Shown: piece after piece, positions 59,303 to 64,000 of the stretch | How positions within the stretch are numbered: position 1 is the first letter of the stretch | Layout: each line of letters begins with the position of its first letter | Assembly: GCA_965206645.1 (NCBI GenBank) | Contig: CBDBKE010000004.1 | Span: 1,536,001 to 1,600,000, forward strand | DNA: 64,000 nucleotides | Source of the DNA: Terriglobia bacterium | Lineage (GTDB): Bacteria; Acidobacteriota; Terriglobia; JAJPHL01; JAPKYU01 | Reading direction: 5' to 3' | Notes under the pieces: model-generated | The model's database searches: none | Told to the model about the DNA's origin: nothing | What the model saw: the letters and a program-made list of their open reading frames with translations, nothing else | Made by a program: the position numbers and the translations under genes

Positions 59303-60640
59303 ATGCTGGACTTGAATTTTGTACGAAAGAACCTGGACCTAGTAACCCAGAAACTGAGCGCGCGTGGTTTGACCAGCACTGGCCTGGAACGATTTCAGGA
59401 AATAGACACCAAACGCCGGCGGGCACTGACGGAAGTCGAAAAGCTGAAGAACAGACGGAACGAAGCCAGCAAGAAAATTGCACATTTGAAACAGGGCGAG
59501 ACGTTCACCCCATACGGTCCCCAGCCACCGGAGGGACTGAAAGAGCGATTCCGCGAGATGCGAGCGCTCTCCGACCAGATCAAGGAGATGGACGAGCGAG
59601 CGGGAAAGCTGGACGCCGAACTGCAAGAGCTACTGGCGGGCTTGCCGAATGTGCCGCACGAGACCGTGCCCGCCGGCCGCACCCCCGAGGACAACGTGGA
59701 AGTGCGTCGCTGGGGCACGCCGCCGCAGTTTTCCTTCACCCCGCGACCACACTGGGAACTGGGAGAAGCGCTGGGCGTGCTGGACCTGGAGCGCGCGGCT
59801 AAGATCACCGGAGCGCGCTTCGCGGTCTACTGGGATCTGGGCGCGAAGCTGGAACGCGCCCTGCAGAACTTCATGCTCGACCTGCATACGCGCGAGCACG
59901 GCTACCTCGAAGTGCTGCCGCCTGCGATGGTAAATTCCGCCAGCCTGTTCGGAACCGGGCAGTTGCCCAAGTTCGCCGACGACCTGTTTAAGCTCGAAGG
60001 GCACGATCTCTGGCTGACCCCCACGGCCGAGGTGCAGTTGACGAACTTGTTCCGCGACGAAGTGCTGGAGACCGAGCAGCTCCCGATCAAGCTCTGCGCG
60101 TTTACCCCATGCTTCCGCAGCGAGGCGGGAAGCTACGGGAAAGACGTCCGCGGCATTATCCGCCAGCACCAGTTCCAGAAGGTGGAGCTGGTGAAGTTCA
60201 CGCATCCGGAGCGCTCCTACGAGGAGCTGGAAGAGCTGACCCGCAACGCCGAAACCATTCTGCAAGAACTGGGGTTGCACTACCGTGTGGTGGCGCTATG
60301 CACTGGTGACCTGGGCTTCGCCTCCTCCAAGACCTACGACATCGAAGTCTGGACACCGGCTCAGGGCGTCTACCGGGAAATTTCTTCCTGTAGCAATTTT
60401 GAGTCCTACCAGGCGCGGCGCGCCAATTTGCGCTTCCGCCCACGGGCGCGGGGCAAGACCGAATTCGTGCACACCCTGAACGGCAGCGGCCTAGCGATCG
60501 GGCGCACTTGGCTGGCGATCGCGGAAAATTACCAACAGGAAGATGGCTCGGTTCTGCTTCCCGAGGTACTGCGCGGCTACCTGCACGGCGCCGAGCGCAT
60601 TGCCGCCACGGGCAAACTGGTGGGCGCGCGATCCTCCTGA
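59303..60640 (+). CDS. serS: serine-tRNA ligase
   Basis: [51 protein letters not shown]. Confidence 0.98.
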   Translation: MLDLNFVRKNLDLVTQKLSARGLTSTGLERFQEIDTKRRRALTEVEKLKNRRNEASKKIAHLKQGETFTPYGPQPPEGLKERFREMRALSDQIKEMDERAGKLDAELQELLAGLPNVPHETVPAGRTPEDNVEVRRWGTPPQFSFTPRPHWELGEALGVLDLERAAKITGARFAVYWDLGAKLERALQNFMLDLHTREHGYLEVLPPAMVNSASLFGTGQLPKFADDLFKLEGHDLWLTPTAEVQLTNLFRDEVLETEQLPIKLCAFTPCFRSEAGSYGKDVRGIIRQHQFQKVELVKFTHPERSYEELEELTRNAETILQELGLHYRVVALCTGDLGFASSKTYDIEVWTPAQGVYREISSCSNFESYQARRANLRFRPRARGKTEFVHTLNGSGLAIGRTWLAIAENYQQEDGSVLLPEVLRGYLHGAERIAATGKLVGARSS

Positions 60641-60664
60641 GCCGGTAGTGTCTCAGTTTGAATG

Positions 60665-61708
60665 TTAGCGGCTGCCTGTAAGTTCGTAGTGATCCCGCTC
60701 TTTGTCACACATCCAGGGCGGTTGCCTATTACCCCGGAAACCCGTTCCCGTTTCGGTACTAGCGGGTCCACCAACGGAGCCAGGAATGGGTGCATTGAGT
60801 CTGAACATCTGTGTTCCATTACATCCCGGATGCGTACAAGGTCTTGTTTCATTCTCTGTCGGCATGATCTGTACCTCAACATTCAGTTTACCCAGAAGCG
60901 CGATTTCCTCTAAGTCCCAAACGTGATCGGCAACCCCAGCCTCCATTGCCGGTGTGACCCTGAGCGTCTTGTGGATACGGGCGAAGTTGTAGTACATGAA
61001 GTATAGGGCTAGCGCCGCCGCGTGGTTCTCTAGCTTCTTTGAAAACCCATTGGTCAATCGGGTGAACCTCCTCATGTACATGCGCATCGTGAGGTTCTGC
61101 CGCTCTATGTAGCTCGTGCTTATATGCTTTGGGTGAGGGTTCCCCATGACAACGGTAGGAACCGCACCGATGCACTGTGCGGGACTGTGCCGCTTCTCCT
61201 GCTCGGAATCGGCCCCATACAGTTTGACCAGCATTGCGTAGTCAACGCCCGAACCAAAGGCACCTTCGACAGCGGTTAAATACGCCTTGTGACCGTCCGT
61301 TGTGAGTTGCACGCGATTCGCCAGCCGTCCAGCAAGATCGTCAATGAATTCCTTCGCCGTATGTGCATCGCGTGAACCGAGCCGCCAAGATAGAACTAAC
61401 TTCGTATCCGCATCCATGGCCGTCCAGGTCCACACGTCGCCAGCGTGCCCGCGCTCCAGCATCTTCGGCGTGACGTTCTTTTCCTTCGCATAGACAAAAC
61501 TCCAAATCTCATCGCACTGAATTCGGTTTAGCTTGAGATTACGGAACATGCGGTCCTGAAAGTCGGAGCACGCCGCGCCCACCTCGACCAGCAGCTTCGT
61601 GACGGTGTTGATAGAAACATCGGCCATGCGGCTAGTGGAGCGCAGGCTGCTACCCTCAGCCAACATTCCAAGGATCGCGGTGCGTTTCTGAATTGGTAAG
61701 CGATTCAC
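60665..61708 (-). CDS. IS1-family DDE transposase (with in-frame C-terminal extension)
   Basis: HTH N-terminus, QCDEIWSFV, TTDGHKAY, STSYIERQNLTMR, YNFARIH, TPAMEAG. Confidence 0.9.
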   Translation of the reverse strand: MNRLPIQKRTAILGMLAEGSSLRSTSRMADVSINTVTKLLVEVGAACSDFQDRMFRNLKLNRIQCDEIWSFVYAKEKNVTPKMLERGHAGDVWTWTAMDADTKLVLSWRLGSRDAHTAKEFIDDLAGRLANRVQLTTDGHKAYLTAVEGAFGSGVDYAMLVKLYGADSEQEKRHSPAQCIGAVPTVVMGNPHPKHISTSYIERQNLTMRMYMRRFTRLTNGFSKKLENHAAALALYFMYYNFARIHKTLRVTPAMEAGVADHVWDLEEIALLGKLNVEVQIMPTENETRPCTHPGCNGTQMFRLNAPIPGSVGGPASTETGTGFRGNRQPPWMCDKERDHYELTGSR

Positions 61709-61714
61709 GGTCCA

Positions 61715-61743
61715 AGCATAATGAACTCTCCATATTGCGTCAA
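61715..61743 (-). promoter_or_regulatory. transposase promoter (leaderless geometry)
   Basis: TTGACG-17-TATGCT, 6 nt before GTG. Confidence 0.6.
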
Positions 61744-61782
61744 GCAGTAAGTTCAGTTTAACGCCATCGGTTCAGTAGTGTA

Positions 61783-61811
61783 TTGACATCATTCCCAGGG
61801 CTTGCTATGCT
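61783..61811 (+). promoter_or_regulatory. higBA promoter
   Basis: TTGACA-17-(TGc)TATGCT. Confidence 0.65.
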
Positions 61812-61843
61812 CATGCCCGGCGATTTCCCAAGGGCCATGATGA

Positions 61844-62140
61844 ATGGAAGTCAAGTTCAACGACAAAGACTTGGCGCTCATAGAGACAGACCGAGCGGCG
61901 GAGACGCGTCTGCCCGTATCCGTCATCAACTCTTCCAGACGGAAGTTAGTGGTGATTCGGGCGGCACCCGACGAGAGGACGTTAAGAAACTGGAAGAGTC
62001 TTCACTACGAGAAACTGGAGGGCAAGAAGAGCGGACGACGGTCGATCAGGCTGAACGACCAGTGGCGGGTAGTCTTTACTCTCAACACGGACTCCAAGCC
62101 AAACAAGATCACAGTCTTGGCAGTCGAGGACTATCACTGA
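61844..62140 (+). CDS. higB: HigB (killer protein-like) RelE toxin
   Basis: SLHYEKLEG...SIRLNDQWRVVF...VEDYH. Confidence 0.9.
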   Translation: MEVKFNDKDLALIETDRAAETRLPVSVINSSRRKLVVIRAAPDERTLRNWKSLHYEKLEGKKSGRRSIRLNDQWRVVFTLNTDSKPNKITVLAVEDYH

Positions 62141-62151
62141 AGGGGGCAACT

Positions 62152-63285
62152 ATGTCAGCCACGAACGCGAACTGGATTATGCACCCTGGGTTTTACATCA
62201 AGGAGGAGATGGAGGAGCGCGGCTGGCTCCAGCGCGACCTTGCTTTCATACTCGGTTGCCCGGAGCAGGCGGTGAATATGATTCTGTCCGGTAAGCGCGG
62301 AATCAGCCCTGAGATGGCAAAGGCACTCGGCGAGGCATTCGATGTTCCGGCAGAGTTCTTTGCAAATCTCCAGCAGGCCTACGATATGGCGCAGGCACGC
62401 AACCCCGATCCGGGTGTCGCCGTGCGCCGGAACATGCAAAGCACCTACCCCGTGCGGGAAATGATAAAGCGGGGCTGGATCGAGTTGTCCGATCCGGCAC
62501 TTCTTGAGTCTCAGCTTGCGAGGCTCTTTCAAGTTGGGGGCGCAGACAAAATCCCGTATATGGCGCACCCCGCAAAGAAAAGTAGTTATGAAGAGCGAGA
62601 TGTCCCGCCCGCTCAGTTGGCTTGGCTGTTCAGGGTTCGTCAGATAGCCAAGTCAATAAGCGTTCCTCGGTATTCCGAAAGGATGCTACGGCAGGCCCTA
62701 GCCGAAATGGAAACGCTGTTGATCGCCCCGGAGGAGGCTCGGTGTGTACCGCGTATTCTCACGGAGGTTGGAGTCCGTTATGTTCTGGTGGAGAAGCTAC
62801 CGACCGCGAAAATTGACGGCGTGTGCTTCTGGTTGGATGGGCGCTCTCCGGTCATAGGCATGTCCCTACAGCACGACCGAATCGACAATTTTTGGTTTGT
62901 ATTGAGGCACGAGATTGAACATGTCCTCCAGCGGCACGGGCAACAGCAGGAAATAATCGACGCCGACCTTGAAGGGGCAGGCGGCTCTGCGTGGGGTTCT
63001 GTTCCGCGAGAGGAGCAGATCGCAAATGGGGCGGCTGCTAACTTCTGCACCCCCACGGAAAGGCTGGAATCTTTCATCCGGCGCAAGCACCCCTTCTATT
63101 ACGAAAAGGATGTCGTGGCGTTTTCTCGCACTCTAAACCGACATCCTGGCGTTGTGATTGGGCAGCTTCGTCGAAAGCTGGAACGGTACGACTACCTGAC
63201 TCGCTACTTGGTCAAGATTCGACCGTTCGTGGTCTCCGGATCGATTGCAGACGGCTGGGGACAGTTAGCACCAGTTTCTTTGTGA
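62152..63285 (+). CDS. higA: HigA HTH antitoxin fused to an ImmA/IrrE-like metallopeptidase
   Basis: HPG.YIKEE...GKRGISPEMA..L...FFANLQ..YD; DRIDNFWF.LRHEIEH...EEQIAN. Confidence 0.88.
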   Translation: MSATNANWIMHPGFYIKEEMEERGWLQRDLAFILGCPEQAVNMILSGKRGISPEMAKALGEAFDVPAEFFANLQQAYDMAQARNPDPGVAVRRNMQSTYPVREMIKRGWIELSDPALLESQLARLFQVGGADKIPYMAHPAKKSSYEERDVPPAQLAWLFRVRQIAKSISVPRYSERMLRQALAEMETLLIAPEEARCVPRILTEVGVRYVLVEKLPTAKIDGVCFWLDGRSPVIGMSLQHDRIDNFWFVLRHEIEHVLQRHGQQQEIIDADLEGAGGSAWGSVPREEQIANGAAANFCTPTERLESFIRRKHPFYYEKDVVAFSRTLNRHPGVVIGQLRRKLERYDYLTRYLVKIRPFVVSGSIADGWGQLAPVSL

Positions 63286-63307
63286 AAGAAAGAATAGAGG
63301 TAGACCG

Positions 63308-63767
63308 ATGGCAACTAAAAACGAACAACTACAGCGGGTTTGGCACCACTACGATAATCGGCAGGCACACAGGCCACTTAGTGCTCGACAGGCTGTTGAA
63401 TGGGCTGTTGCGGAGGGACTGCTAGAACTCCCGGAAACCGATCCCTACGACGTGCTTGCGGGTGAAATGTCACAGGCCCTTCGCGAGGAGTTCCAGACTG
63501 ATGAAGAGGGGCGCAGATACAGGGTCAACCACGCTGTCCGCATTACCAAGAGTGGCGTCCAGCATACCTTCTGGGGGGTTATGGGTTACGCGCCGCACGA
63601 TTACAATGGAGAAGGCTTTCGCACAGCGGCGTGAGCAGGTGGTCGGAGACCTTATGCAGCTCAAGACTGATGTTGATGTCTACAACGACATGAATAAGGG
63701 CAGGAGGCCTCCGATTCAGATTGAACTTGATTTTAGGGACGATGTGGCAGAGCGGCAGCAAGTATAG
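63308..63767 (+). pseudogene. hypothetical passenger gene with a +1 frameshift near 63605
   Basis: ORFs 63308-63634 and 63456-63767 join as ...APHDY/MEKAFAQRREQVVGD if one A is removed. Confidence 0.65.
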
Positions 63768-63786
63768 AAGGCTCCGCCCCGCAAGG

Positions 63787-63999
63787 CTACGGTTGTCGCC
63801 TAGACTTCTTCCAGCGAGCCTGAGCTGCTAGCTTAGCGATTTCTTGCCGCTGTTCTGACGTAAGGCGCTTTGCTCTGGCACGTCCGCCCTTCAGACCCCC
63901 AGCTCTCCTCTTAGAAGGCATCTTCTTGGCCTCGCTGAGGGTATCTTCAACCTCACCGGTAGCAATGTCTAGGATCAGCTTGGCTAGCTGGTTTGGATC
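63787..63999 (-). CDS. small basic protein typical of IS1-like transposons (5'-partial)
   Basis: Manual translation: DPNQLAKLILDIATGEVED...GGLKGGRARAKRLTSEQRQEIAKLAAQARWKK. Confidence 0.8.
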   Translation of the reverse strand, partial: DPNQLAKLILDIATGEVEDTLSEAKKMPSKRRAGGLKGGRARAKRLTSEQRQEIAKLAAQARWKKSRRQP

Positions 64000-64000
64000 G

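Larger units (their letters stand above)
60644..64000 (-). mobile_element. IS1-like transposon with passenger genes (continues beyond the window)
   Basis: Terminus GGTAGTGTCTCAGTTTGAA 3 bp after the serS stop; drop in GC; IS1-type DDE transposase plus cargo. Confidence 0.75.

Noticed and set aside
61783-62151. 500-aa ORF start overlapping higB
   Set aside because: The TTG is the -35 box; the real HigA start is 62152 after an SD.

Overview
Probable Acidobacteriota (Bryobacterales-like) chromosome segment with three parts. (1) 1-17.8 kb is accessory. It holds three paralogues of an acidic, Sec-exported, S-layer-like protein on the minus strand: a 5'-truncated divergent fragment, an intact copy with no recognisable promoter, and a promoter-bearing copy with four compensating indels. 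The last two lie in ~1.96-kb direct repeats that bracket a tyrosine integrase, a TA module and nested IS256 elements. A truncated conjugative element (VirB6/VirB8/unknown ORF/oriT-like region/VirD4/VirB11) follows. (2) 18-60.6 kb is mostly core: an ECF sigma/anti-sigma pair leading into a type II secretion operon (gspE-F-G-H-I-J-K-L-M-C-D), then glgP, dksA-like, comF, glycosyltransferases, pepP, era-ybeY-phoH, rpsT, holA, lptE, pssA-psd, hemL and serS. (3) 60.6-64 kb is an IS1-like transposon inserted just after serS and carrying passenger genes (HigB, HigA-metallopeptidase and others). The best candidate for an undescribed system is a putative S-layer variation locus (one expression site plus silent mosaic copies), possibly served by the neighbouring T2SS. 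All family assignments are from motif recognition only; no searches were run.
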